DNA from: an uncultured bacterium
GTDB taxonomy: Bacteria; Zixibacteria; MSB-5A5; UBA10806
Length of the DNA stretch: 64,000 nt
Direction of reading: 5' to 3'
NCBI GenBank assembly: GCA_965541585.1
Contig: CBEUCH010000003.1
Coordinates: forward strand, 181,516 to 245,515
Shown here: positions 8,787 to 18,392 of the stretch, piece after piece
Position numbering within the stretch: the stretch's first letter is position 1
Layout: each line of letters opens with the position of its first letter
The notes under the pieces: generated by a model
Told to the model about the DNA's origin: nothing
The model's database searches: none
What the model saw: only the letters and a program-made list of their open reading frames with translations
Position numbers and translations under genes: made by a program

Positions 8787-10015
8787 GATTCATATCAGCC
8801 ATTTTGTTCCTTTGCTCGGTGGCTTTTGGATTTTCCGCCAGGAAACCCGAGATTCCTCCTCTGGCAGAATTTGAAAAAGAAATCCCGGTTCAATTATACG
8901 AGGGCCTCAGCGTGCGGATCGAAGTTCAGGGATCTGTGGCTCTGGAATGTTATCGAGGCGTGAAACTATCCGAGGTCTATTATTTTTCGTCGGATATCAA
9001 TCTGGGGCACAAAGAAAACGGCATAGAGGTCTTTGATCATAACGGACAATTAACCTCCGGGCTGACCGAAGTTAGATGTAAACCGCGGAATAAATCAACC
9101 TCTCTGGGATTCAACGGAAAGGCCTATCGAGGCCATCTGCGTGGAGTGTTCAGCGACAGGCCGGAGGGGATTATCCTCCTCAACATGGTCGATATTGAGG
9201 ATTATCTGATGGGTGTTCTCCCCGGAGAGATCGGGGATCGGACCGAGGAGGAATTCGAGGCCGCTAAGGCGCAGGCGGTGGCAGCACGCACATATGCAGT
9301 GTGGAAATTGACCAACGATGGAACCAGCGGCACGCTTTTTCCTACAATTGCCGATCAATTATACTTGGGGAAAGACTCGGAGATGGAGCTTCTTTCCAAA
9401 GCTGTCCTGGAAACCGGGGGAGAGATCATGACCTATGATAACCAGCCCATAGCGGCGTACTACCACGCAGTCTGCGGTGGTCGCACATCGGCTATCGAGG
9501 ATATCTGGCCGGGAAGAGGGAAATCGGTATATCTCGTCGGCACGGATGACGATGACTATTGCGCCTGGGCTAAAACCTATTCATGGGCCGAGACCTTTGA
9601 TGATTCAACCCTGCTGGAAAACCTGAACGCCTACTTCGCCGGTCGGTCGGGCCAGGAGGCTGCTAATCTCAAAGAACTTATGGATATCGAGTTTTCTACT
9701 GATGGATCGTCGGAACGAGTGGTGGAGATGAAGATCTTCACTGAAAATGAAGTATTGGTTGTGGGAAAAGACCAGATCCGATGGGCCCTGGGAAGACCGT
9801 CTTCACCCGGGACGATCTTGCCGTCCACAAGATTCAAAGCCGTGAAGAGTCGTGACGGCAATGGTCTTTTACAGCTTGCCATAACGGGAACCGGCAACGG
9901 CCATGGTGTTGGTGCCTGTCAGTGCGGTGTTATCGGCAGGGCACGGGCCGGTCAGAAATACGATCGGATTCTCAAAGCCTACTATAAGCATATAGAAATC
10001 GAGAAGATCTATTAA
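8774..10015 (+). CDS. SpoIID/LytB-domain protein (secreted lytic transglycosylase-like)
   Basis: Signal peptide; EDYLMGVLPGE, AAKAQAVAARTYA, GNGHGVGACQ..A, ILKAYY. Confidence 0.9.
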   Translation: MLFLRFISAILFLCSVAFGFSARKPEIPPLAEFEKEIPVQLYEGLSVRIEVQGSVALECYRGVKLSEVYYFSSDINLGHKENGIEVFDHNGQLTSGLTEVRCKPRNKSTSLGFNGKAYRGHLRGVFSDRPEGIILLNMVDIEDYLMGVLPGEIGDRTEEEFEAAKAQAVAARTYAVWKLTNDGTSGTLFPTIADQLYLGKDSEMELLSKAVLETGGEIMTYDNQPIAAYYHAVCGGRTSAIEDIWPGRGKSVYLVGTDDDDYCAWAKTYSWAETFDDSTLLENLNAYFAGRSGQEAANLKELMDIEFSTDGSSERVVEMKIFTENEVLVVGKDQIRWALGRPSSPGTILPSTRFKAVKSRDGNGLLQLAITGTGNGHGVGACQCGVIGRARAGQKYDRILKAYYKHIEIEKIY

Positions 10016-10119
10016 ATGCCGGATGTTATCATAAGCATAGTGGCGTAGTTGTCCTGAGAAATCTGAAGGATGATTCAATCGAGGTCAATATCCGGGACAA
10101 AACTTTAAAGATTGCTCTT

Positions 10120-10860
10120 TTGCAGGATGGGCCCGGGTCGGGGATACGGAAATCCTTTATGGATAAGCTGATTGCCGAACCTCCGGATATACTGGCCCTC
10201 CCCGAATATTATTTCGTGGTATCAGCGTATGAAAGCGTCGTCGATTCTTCCTTCAGAAGTGACAAAATAATCGTGCAACTGAAAGAACTCTCGTCCGCGC
10301 TGGGATGTATCCTGGTGGGCGGGAGTATAGTAGAGCGTGTAAACGGGAATTATTATAATCGCTCTTATCTGTTGGATTCGGGTCAGATTATCGGTTCTTA
10401 CGATAAGATTCATCCCTATGATAACGAGGGCCGTGGCCTGATAAGAGAGGGAACGGAATATAAGGTTTTCGAGGTCCGCGGTCTCAGAATCGGCATACTT
10501 ATCTGCGCTGATGTTCTCTACCGGGGATCCTTTGAAAATATCAGGGGACTTAAGCCCGATCTGATATTTGTTCCCACGACCTCGCCATATAGATCCCGCG
10601 AAAGTACGAGCATCAAGTTCGCCAGGGACATGCGGATATTTGCCCGCGGGGCGAGCAGGGCAAACTCAATCATCTTCAAAATCTGCGCTTCGGGATCCAT
10701 CGTCGGCCACAGGCTGCAGGGGCGCAGCCTCATCGCCTCGCCCGGGAAAATCCTGTGGAGAATCGAACCTGAATTCGAGGATAGAGCGGCTTTGATTGTT
10801 GCAGAACTCACCGGTGATACATCGGCTCCACGCCTTGACATTACGGTCAATCGTGCTTAA
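10120..10860 (+). CDS. Carbon-nitrogen hydrolase (nitrilase superfamily); true start probably upstream
   Basis: Catalytic E-K-C triad: LPEY, YDKIHP, ICADV; the in-frame KIALLQ strand begins upstream of the TTG at 10120. Confidence 0.85.
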   Translation: MQDGPGSGIRKSFMDKLIAEPPDILALPEYYFVVSAYESVVDSSFRSDKIIVQLKELSSALGCILVGGSIVERVNGNYYNRSYLLDSGQIIGSYDKIHPYDNEGRGLIREGTEYKVFEVRGLRIGILICADVLYRGSFENIRGLKPDLIFVPTTSPYRSRESTSIKFARDMRIFARGASRANSIIFKICASGSIVGHRLQGRSLIASPGKILWRIEPEFEDRAALIVAELTGDTSAPRLDITVNRA

Positions 10861-10869
10861 CTTCGATGG

Positions 10870-11310
10870 ATGAGTTCATTCAGGCCCGTCGATGTCAGAA
10901 TCATTGTATTTCTATCAATACTGGTCCTGATCGGATCGGTTTTAACCCTGCTTAAGAGACAGGGTGCTCTTTCAGATCTGGATTTAGGAATATTCCTGGA
11001 AAACGATCCTTATAGATACAGCTATAGATCGTCGGAATTTACGCCGGATAATGATTTGAGCAGCTCTGTTAAGGATAGCCTGGCGCAATCCGAAAGCGAA
11101 GCGATAAAAGCGTATAAGAAAATGAATCTGAACAGGGCGGGATTCTATGATCTCCAGAGCCTCCCCGGAATCGGGCCGGTGATTGCGGAGCGGATTCTGG
11201 CCTATCGCGATAGTGTGGAGAGGTTTGAAGTGGTTGAGGATCTCTTGAAGGTCAAGGGAATCGGACCGGCGAAGTACAAGAGATTAAAGGATAGGGTAAC
11301 TGTCGGGTGA
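10870..11310 (+). CDS. comEA: ComEA-like helix-hairpin-helix DNA-binding protein with N-terminal TM anchor
   Basis: NLNRA...LQSLPGIGPVIAERI..YR...F...EDLLKVKGIGP. Confidence 0.8.
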   Translation: MSSFRPVDVRIIVFLSILVLIGSVLTLLKRQGALSDLDLGIFLENDPYRYSYRSSEFTPDNDLSSSVKDSLAQSESEAIKAYKKMNLNRAGFYDLQSLPGIGPVIAERILAYRDSVERFEVVEDLLKVKGIGPAKYKRLKDRVTVG

Positions 11311-12152
11311 TCCTGAGCGTATTGCTAAAAAGAAACAGTCTGTTCTTAATGGTCCACAGGGGCGATGAGGGGCCGCCCGAATTTTATCGTTACGATGTAA
11401 CGTGGGAAGATTCTGATACCGACCTGTCCCGGGGCTGCATCTGGGATCAAACCGACGATACCGCAAGAAAATTATGCGTTGATGCCAGGAAGATAGTAGT
11501 CGTTCTTCCGGCATCGGTCTGCATGGCAAGAAAGATAGAATTGGATAATCAGCTAATAGATAAGATCCCGGATTATAAGAACTGGCGCGCTGGAATTCAG
11601 TTGCCCGGCGACTTGAGTATGTATTGCTATGGATTCATACCGCTGACCAGGAGTTTTGACGGTGGAAAGATCGAGACATTTTTCTTCGCCGCGCCTGCTG
11701 CCGTCGTGAAGCGGCTTACTAAAGCTTTATCCGGGGCCAACGATACGCGAAAGATTGAACTGTTTCCGGAGCATATAGGTCTTGTAAAGGTAGCTGAGAA
11801 ATCTCTGGGCACGGACGATATCCCGCAGGCGGCGCTTATCCATTGTGACGCCGAAGGCATGGTGGTTGTTTTTATAAGAGATGGCAGATTCCATAATGGT
11901 CGATATTTCCCCGTCACATCTGGAAACAGAGAAGAGCTTTCCACCGATATCGAAACCTATCTTCTCAGCCTTTCCAGTCCGGATGAGTCTCTGCCACTGG
12001 TGATTACCGGGTCGGCCGAGAATTTCAAAACCGATTGGTCACCCATAATACCCGCTTTTCTGAACGTTCAGGACCTGGACTTCTCGCCGGTCTGGGGTCT
12101 GGCGGAGTTCGTTCATGCAGGGGGAAAATGCGAATTGTCGGCGGCATTCTGA
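11307..12152 (+). CDS. Hypothetical protein, degenerate PilM/GspL-like actin fold
   Basis: VVVLPASVCMARKIEL, ALIHCDAEGMVVVFIRDGRF..GRYF and LVITGS resemble PilM-family segments (by eye). Confidence 0.4.
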   Translation: MILSVLLKRNSLFLMVHRGDEGPPEFYRYDVTWEDSDTDLSRGCIWDQTDDTARKLCVDARKIVVVLPASVCMARKIELDNQLIDKIPDYKNWRAGIQLPGDLSMYCYGFIPLTRSFDGGKIETFFFAAPAAVVKRLTKALSGANDTRKIELFPEHIGLVKVAEKSLGTDDIPQAALIHCDAEGMVVVFIRDGRFHNGRYFPVTSGNREELSTDIETYLLSLSSPDESLPLVITGSAENFKTDWSPIIPAFLNVQDLDFSPVWGLAEFVHAGGKCELSAAF

Positions 12153-12670
12153 AAGGGCGGCATATAGGGGTCCCCGGGGGGCGAGATTTGAGGCCCTCTA
12201 CCGATAAGACGCGGGGAGCCATCTTTTCTGTTCTGGGAGATGATATTATTGATTCGAAGGTGGCCGATCTCTTCTGCGGCAGTGGAGCCCTGGGGCTGGA
12301 AGCCCTCTCTCGCGGAGCAGATTGCGCCTTATTTGTGGATTCATCTAAAAAGGCAATCTCAGTCGTCAACCATAATGTCAAAGAACTCGAACTGAAAACC
12401 AGGGCCGAGATAAGATCCATGGACGTCTTTGAAATCAAGCCATCGCTGCTCGAGGACATTTCGATTATCTTCGCCGATCCGCCGTATAGAAAGCTCTACG
12501 GCGATAAGTTGACCTCGTTATTATCCTTGAAAAAATTCGCGTATGATGGAATAATAGTATTGGAACATGAACGCGAATGGAGTTACAGCGGATCCGAATT
12601 TCAGATTTTGAAGGAAATCGGTTTCGGTGATTCATCCGTGAGCTTCTTGCTTGCGGCTCGAAGAAGTTGA
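12128..12670 (+). CDS. rsmD: 16S rRNA m2G966 methyltransferase
   Basis: MRIVGG..KGR, LRPSTDKTR, DLFCGSGALGLEALSRGA, FADPPY. Confidence 0.93.
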   Translation: MRIVGGILKGRHIGVPGGRDLRPSTDKTRGAIFSVLGDDIIDSKVADLFCGSGALGLEALSRGADCALFVDSSKKAISVVNHNVKELELKTRAEIRSMDVFEIKPSLLEDISIIFADPPYRKLYGDKLTSLLSLKKFAYDGIIVLEHEREWSYSGSEFQILKEIGFGDSSVSFLLAARRS

Positions 12671-12714
12671 TTGTTGCTTTTAGTTCGAACGATCTGGAGA
12701 AAAGGAAGCGGATC

Positions 12715-13197
12715 ATGAAGGATACGGCGCTTTATCCCGGGACTTTCGATCCTGTCACCCTGGGACATGTTGATATTATCAAAAGGGCCGCCGGGCTTTT
12801 CGACAAACTGGTAGTGGCGGTGGCTGACAATCCGGAAAAAGAAACTCTTTTCACTGTGAAAGAAAGAGTGGAGCTATTGGAAAAGGCCATGGGGGATATG
12901 GAGAGAACCAAGGTTACATCCTTTAACGGTTTGACTGCGAAGTTTGCCAGGTCGATCGGCGCCACGGCAATTATACGTGGTATCAGGGCTGTCTCCGATT
13001 TCGAATTCGAATTTCAGATGGCAATGATGAATAGGAAGATCGAACCCGAAGTGGAAACCGTTTATATGATGCCAACGGATAAGTACAGCTATTTATCATC
13101 GTCCCTGGTTAAGGATATTGCCAGGGGAGGCGGGGATATTACATGTTTCGTTCCCCCGGCTGTCCTGGAGGCCCTGAAACAACGATTTTCATCCTGA
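12715..13197 (+). CDS. coaD: Pantetheine-phosphate adenylyltransferase
   Basis: YPGTFDPVTLGH, RGIRAVSDFEFE, SSSLVK. Confidence 0.96.
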   Translation: MKDTALYPGTFDPVTLGHVDIIKRAAGLFDKLVVAVADNPEKETLFTVKERVELLEKAMGDMERTKVTSFNGLTAKFARSIGATAIIRGIRAVSDFEFEFQMAMMNRKIEPEVETVYMMPTDKYSYLSSSLVKDIARGGGDITCFVPPAVLEALKQRFSS

Positions 13198-13240
13198 GTC
13201 ATCGGGCGACGGTTGCATACGATTTTTGCGGAGAATATTG

Positions 13241-14740
13241 ATGAGCGAAGAAATTAGAGAAATATCGAAAGTCCGACGTGAGAAATTGGAAAAGCTGAGG
13301 GCGAAGGATATCGATCCCTACCCGTTCAGATTCGAGCGGACTCACCTATCATCGGATATAATATCGGATTTCGATGCCCTGGAAAAATCCGAAAAAAAGA
13401 TAAGCGCCGCCGGGCGTATCATTAGCTGGCGCGGTCACGGCAAGACCCTGTTTGCACATTTGCAGGATAGGGCGGGAAGAATCCAGGTTTATCTGCGTCG
13501 GGACGATATCGGGGCCGAATTATTCGAAGATTTTTCGCTTTTCGATCTCGGCGATATAATAGGCGTAGAGGGTAGTGTCTTTAAAACCAAAACCGGTGAG
13601 ATCACCATACGCGTATCGGATTTCGAAATACTGGCCAAATCGCTCCTGCCGCTGCCGGAAAAATGGCACGGCCTGCAGGATAAAGAAATCCGCTATCGGC
13701 GAAGGCATCTCGATTTGATAGTTAATCCCGGAGTCATGGAGACATTCAAAAAACGCACCAGGATTATCAAAAGCGTTCGCGAGTTCCTGGATGACCGTGG
13801 GTTTCTGGAGGTGGAGACTCCGGCTTTACAGGTCTTGTATGGCGGCGCCAATGCCCGTCCGTTCAAAACCCATATCAATGCGCTCGACATGGATATGTAC
13901 CTTCGTATTGCTGACGAGCTTTATCTAAAAAGACTGATTGTCGGAGGAATGGAAAGAGTTTATGAAATCTGTAAGGATTTCCGCAACGAGGGCATCGATC
14001 GAAATCATAATCCCGAATTCACGATGCTTGAATTCTACTGGGCCTACGCCGACTACAAGGACCTGATGAATCTGGTCGAGGAAATGATGTTTAAGATTAC
14101 TATGGATGCTCTCCAGAACGATAAACTAAAGCTTCGGGACAGGGAAATCTCTCTTAAACCGCCGTTTAAACGAATCTCGTTTTTTGGCGCCGCGAAAGAC
14201 GTTCTGGGAAGCGATATAATTGATCTCTCGGAAAACGAGCTTAAAACGCTGGCAGGGAAGAAGGGGCTTGATATCGAGGGGGTCAACGGCCGCGGGGCGG
14301 TGCTGGATGAGATTTCTAAGGAATTCATCGAGCCTGCCCTTTTTGAGCCCACCTTCCTTTTGGATTATCCGGTTGAGCTATCGCCTCTGGCGAAGAAGCA
14401 TCGAAGCGATTCGCGATTGGCGGAACGTTTTGAGCTCTTCATCGGCGGAGTGGAATTCGGCAACGGCTTTTCGGAATTGAATGATCCGGACGATCAGAGA
14501 CAGCGGTTTGAAGCGCAGGCCGCCATGAGAAGATCGGGTGATATGGAAGCGCACCCGATAGACGAGGATTTCGTGCTGGCCCTGGAACATGGCATGCCTC
14601 CGACAGCCGGGTATGGACTGGGCATTGACCGGCTGGTAATGCTTCTCACCGGCAATAGCTCCATCCGCGACGTCATTTTCTTTCCTATAATGAGGCCGGA
14701 GCAAATTAGCGAAAACGGCCCGCCACGGAAAGACGGCTGA
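13241..14740 (+). CDS. lysS: Lysine--tRNA ligase (class II)
   Basis: LPEKWHGL.D.E.RYR.R, GGANARPF, FRNEGID..HNPEF, GMPPTAGYGLGIDRL. Confidence 0.97.
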   Translation: MSEEIREISKVRREKLEKLRAKDIDPYPFRFERTHLSSDIISDFDALEKSEKKISAAGRIISWRGHGKTLFAHLQDRAGRIQVYLRRDDIGAELFEDFSLFDLGDIIGVEGSVFKTKTGEITIRVSDFEILAKSLLPLPEKWHGLQDKEIRYRRRHLDLIVNPGVMETFKKRTRIIKSVREFLDDRGFLEVETPALQVLYGGANARPFKTHINALDMDMYLRIADELYLKRLIVGGMERVYEICKDFRNEGIDRNHNPEFTMLEFYWAYADYKDLMNLVEEMMFKITMDALQNDKLKLRDREISLKPPFKRISFFGAAKDVLGSDIIDLSENELKTLAGKKGLDIEGVNGRGAVLDEISKEFIEPALFEPTFLLDYPVELSPLAKKHRSDSRLAERFELFIGGVEFGNGFSELNDPDDQRQRFEAQAAMRRSGDMEAHPIDEDFVLALEHGMPPTAGYGLGIDRLVMLLTGNSSIRDVIFFPIMRPEQISENGPPRKDG

Positions 14741-14743
14741 TTG

Positions 14744-15973
14744 ATGTCGCTTGAGTTTTTTATAGCCAGAAGATATTTCACGTCCCGCCACCGCCAGGGC
14801 TTTCTCTCGCTCCTGGGATTCATATCTATCTCGGTCGTGGTGCTATCCACCGCCTCCCTGCTTATAGTCCTTTCTGTAATGAATGGTTTTGAAATGGAGG
14901 TCAGAAGCAGGATTATAGGCACCATGGCACATATAATGGTCAGCTCTCGCCTGTCCGGAGGCATGGAAAACTGGGTTGAAATTCAAGAGCAGATTCGCAG
15001 TGTCGAAGGCGTCCTGGCCACAAGCCCGGTGGTGATCGAAAAATCGGCTATATCGTCAAAATATGAAACCGATGGCATCGTCGTGCGGGGCATCGTGCCT
15101 GAAGCAGAAAGCACCGTTACGGAGATTGCGGAATACCTTATCACGCGGGATTTGTCGTTTGAAACGCCGGACGAAAAATTCACCGGCGTCTGGCTCGGGA
15201 TTAATCTGGCCAACCGGCTTAACGTCACGCTGAATGATAAGGTAAGATTGTATTCTTTAAGAGATGTGGGAAGCGGCCTGACCGGTTTCTCCCCGAAGAT
15301 CAGGAATTGTATGCTTGCAGGAATCGTGGAAACCGGTATGTCTACATATGATGATAATTTCGTCTATATGCCCCTGGAGGCTGCTCAGGAATTGTTTGAT
15401 CTCGGAAAGGCCGTCACCACGATCGAGGTAAAAACGACTGATTTCTATACGGCCTTCAGAACGGCCGAGAGGATTCAGGAACTGCTGGGGTATAGATATG
15501 ACGCCATAGACTGGAAGGATTTCAATCGTAATCTGTTCTCGTGGATGACGCTGGAAAAATGGATGATGTTCCTGGTCCTTATGCTCTTCGTCCTGGTGGC
15601 CGCAAGCAATATTATAGCGCTTCTTATCATGATGGTTCTGGCAAAAAGGGTCGATATCGGTGTTCTTATGGCGTTCGGCCTGTCGAAACGCAGGTTAAAA
15701 AAGATTTTCGCTTATCAGGGCTTGATAATAGGCCTGATCGGAGGCCTGTTGGGGACTACTCTGGGACTGACATTGCTTTTTATCCAGAAGAAATATTCAT
15801 TAATATCCTTGCCCAGCGACATCTACTTTATATCGGCTTTGCCGGTGGAAATCAGGGCGGTGGATACTATCTTGATTCTGATCCTGGCAGCCCTGATCGG
15901 TTTCTTATTCTCGATCTATCCGGCAATGAGGGCGTCCCGCCTGGATCCTGTTGAGATTATCCGTTACCAATAA
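14744..15973 (+). CDS. lolC: Lipoprotein-releasing ABC transporter permease LolC/E
   Basis: [35 protein letters not shown]. Confidence 0.88.
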   Translation: MSLEFFIARRYFTSRHRQGFLSLLGFISISVVVLSTASLLIVLSVMNGFEMEVRSRIIGTMAHIMVSSRLSGGMENWVEIQEQIRSVEGVLATSPVVIEKSAISSKYETDGIVVRGIVPEAESTVTEIAEYLITRDLSFETPDEKFTGVWLGINLANRLNVTLNDKVRLYSLRDVGSGLTGFSPKIRNCMLAGIVETGMSTYDDNFVYMPLEAAQELFDLGKAVTTIEVKTTDFYTAFRTAERIQELLGYRYDAIDWKDFNRNLFSWMTLEKWMMFLVLMLFVLVAASNIIALLIMMVLAKRVDIGVLMAFGLSKRRLKKIFAYQGLIIGLIGGLLGTTLGLTLLFIQKKYSLISLPSDIYFISALPVEIRAVDTILILILAALIGFLFSIYPAMRASRLDPVEIIRYQ

Positions 15974-16670
15974 GAGCGATGAGTTGGAGGTCTTGAATCA
16001 CGTGCTTGTAGATGCCGAGAATATATTTAAGAAGTTCCGTTCGGGTGATGGCAATCTCGAGGTACTGAGGGGGGCGAGTCTGAATCTGGAGCCGGGATCA
16101 ATGGCAGTCCTTTCGGGACCGTCGGGCTCAGGGAAAAGCACCCTGTTGTATATCCTGGGTGGCCTGGAGAAACCTGATAACGGCAGCGTGATGTTCAAGG
16201 GCGAGTCCGTCTGGGATTTCAGTTCTGATCGCCTGGATACATTCAGGAACAGGAATATCGGATTTGTCTTTCAAATGCATTACCTGATGCCGGATTTCAC
16301 GGCTTTAGAAAACGTGATGATCCCCGCAATGATAAATAATATGCCGCATAAACAGGCTCTTGAAAGAGCGCAGTTGTTGCTGTCGGAATTATCAATTTAT
16401 GAGCGGAAAGACCATTATCCCAATCAGTTATCCGGTGGGGAGCAGCAGAGAACGGCTATCGCCCGGGCGCTTATTAACTCGCCGGAGCTTATTCTGGCAG
16501 ATGAACCTACTGGCAACCTCGATACAGAAAACGCCAATTCACTCTTAAAGTTATTTCACAAACTTGTCGAAACCACTGGTGTAAGCGTTCTGATCGCCAC
16601 CCACGATGAGAAAGTGTCTTTGATGGGTCAGGTGATGTTCCGGTTAACAGGGGGAAAGATAGAGACTTAG
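15951..16670 (+). CDS. lolD: Lipoprotein-releasing ABC transporter ATPase
   Basis: [44 protein letters not shown]; exact start uncertain. Confidence 0.88.
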   Translation: MRLSVTNKSDELEVLNHVLVDAENIFKKFRSGDGNLEVLRGASLNLEPGSMAVLSGPSGSGKSTLLYILGGLEKPDNGSVMFKGESVWDFSSDRLDTFRNRNIGFVFQMHYLMPDFTALENVMIPAMINNMPHKQALERAQLLLSELSIYERKDHYPNQLSGGEQQRTAIARALINSPELILADEPTGNLDTENANSLLKLFHKLVETTGVSVLIATHDEKVSLMGQVMFRLTGGKIET

Positions 16671-16768
16671 TGAAGCCGAAATCACTTGCAGTGCTTTGAG
16701 ATTTTCGGCTATATTGATGGGGAACAGACTGTTGCGGCTCAGGGTTGTAGAGATTGAGGGAGATGCAG

Positions 16769-17287
16769 ATGGAGAAAATTTGCCAGGATTGCAATAAACA
16801 TGAATCCACTGTTCATTTGACGCAGCTTATCAACAATAAAAAAGTGGTGCTGCATCTCTGCAAGGATTGTGCTGAAAAGCGAGGATTCCATTCCCCCTTT
16901 GAGAATATGCCGTTTCCGCTGGCTGAATTTGTAACCGGCATGGTGGGGATCGGCAAAGCAGCCCCGGCGAAACCGGGCAAAAGAGCCGGAAAGCAGAAGA
17001 AATGTGCGTTTTGCGGGATGTCATTTGAAGATTTCGGAAAGCTTGGGCGTTTGGGATGCGGTAAATGCTATTCCATATTCAGGAATGACCTTACCGACCT
17101 TATGCGGAAGATTCACGGATCCTGCGAGCATCGTGGCAACGTCCCGGTCGGAACCAGCGACGCCATGAAACCGTTGCGGGAGGAGAGAATCTTAAGGGAG
17201 GAGCTTAAGAGAGCCATCGAGAAGGAGGATTTCGAAAAGGCGGCGGAGTTGCGCGATAAGATAAGCGAGCTTGCCGGCAAGTTATAG
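16769..17287 (+). CDS. mcsA: McsB activator McsA (CxxC motifs + UVR domain)
   Basis: CQDC, HLCKDCA, CAFCG, GRLGCGKCY, H.G..P, C-terminal EDFEKAAELRD. Confidence 0.92.
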   Translation: MEKICQDCNKHESTVHLTQLINNKKVVLHLCKDCAEKRGFHSPFENMPFPLAEFVTGMVGIGKAAPAKPGKRAGKQKKCAFCGMSFEDFGKLGRLGCGKCYSIFRNDLTDLMRKIHGSCEHRGNVPVGTSDAMKPLREERILREELKRAIEKEDFEKAAELRDKISELAGKL

Positions 17288-17297
17288 GTTGGATCTT

Positions 17298-18368
17298 ATG
17301 TCTTTAGCGATGATAGATGAGATGGCGACAAAACCGGCTCCCTGGTTGAGCGGCGAGGGCCCGGATTCGTTTGCAGTGCTTTCTTCGAGGATCAGGCTGG
17401 CTAGAAATGTCTCGGAATTTCCCTTTCCACCTGCGGCCGGCAGCGATGTAAGGGAGAAATTAATAGATTATGTATTTGCCGCTTTTGAAAAGACAAAGGC
17501 GCTCGAGAACGGCAGCTTCTATCGGTCGACCGATATCGATCCCATGAATCAGGAATTCCTCGTCGAGAGGCATATTATCTCTCCGGAGTTTATGAGAGGC
17601 GGAGTAGGGAGAGGCCTTTTTGTCGACGATCAGGAAAAAATCTCCGTCATGGTTAACGAGGAAGACCATTTGAGATTACAGGTGATTTCTTCCGGTATGT
17701 CGCTTGAGGATTGCTGGAAAGACATAAACAAGGTCGAATCGGATCTGGCGGGCTTAGTCGAATTTGATTTTGATGATGCTTTCGGGTATTTGACCTCATG
17801 CCCTACAAACGTCGGGACGGGTCTCAGGGCGTCATTGCTTATCCACTTGCCCGCTCTGGTCCTGACCGATAAAATGGACGAGGTGATCGGTAGAATATCG
17901 AAGGTCGGCCAGATGGTTCGTGGTTTCTATGGCGAGGGGACCGATGTTCTGGGAAATCTCTTCCAGATATCGAATCAGACTACTCTGGGAAGAACCGAAG
18001 AGGAAATCATAGATTCGCTGGCGAAAGTATCCATGCAAATTCTGGAGCATGAAAAGAGCGCCCAGGAGACCCTGATGAGGGACGCCCCGGAGATGGTCGA
18101 GGATAAGATCTGGCGTTCATACGGTATCCTGAATAACGCCAGGGTACTGTCGTCCAACGAAGTTATGAATATGCTTTCGCTTTTGCGCTTGGGAATATCC
18201 CTTGAATTAATTGACAGGATAAGCTATAAGGAATTGAACGAATTGATGATAATGACTCAGCCGGCCCACCTGCAGAAGCTTGTGGGTCGTGAAATGGATA
18301 ATAACGAACGCGATGTGATCCGCGCCAATCTGGTGAGAGAGCGACTTGGCAAAAGTGGGAAATCTTAG
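17298..18368 (+). CDS. mcsB: Protein arginine kinase McsB
   Basis: SSRIRLARN, NEEDHLR, GYLTSCPTNVGTG.RAS, RGFYGEG, QISNQ, QPAHLQ. Confidence 0.95.
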   Translation: MSLAMIDEMATKPAPWLSGEGPDSFAVLSSRIRLARNVSEFPFPPAAGSDVREKLIDYVFAAFEKTKALENGSFYRSTDIDPMNQEFLVERHIISPEFMRGGVGRGLFVDDQEKISVMVNEEDHLRLQVISSGMSLEDCWKDINKVESDLAGLVEFDFDDAFGYLTSCPTNVGTGLRASLLIHLPALVLTDKMDEVIGRISKVGQMVRGFYGEGTDVLGNLFQISNQTTLGRTEEEIIDSLAKVSMQILEHEKSAQETLMRDAPEMVEDKIWRSYGILNNARVLSSNEVMNMLSLLRLGISLELIDRISYKELNELMIMTQPAHLQKLVGREMDNNERDVIRANLVRERLGKSGKS

Positions 18369-18392
18369 TGTATTGCAAAAGAGGTGTGTGCG

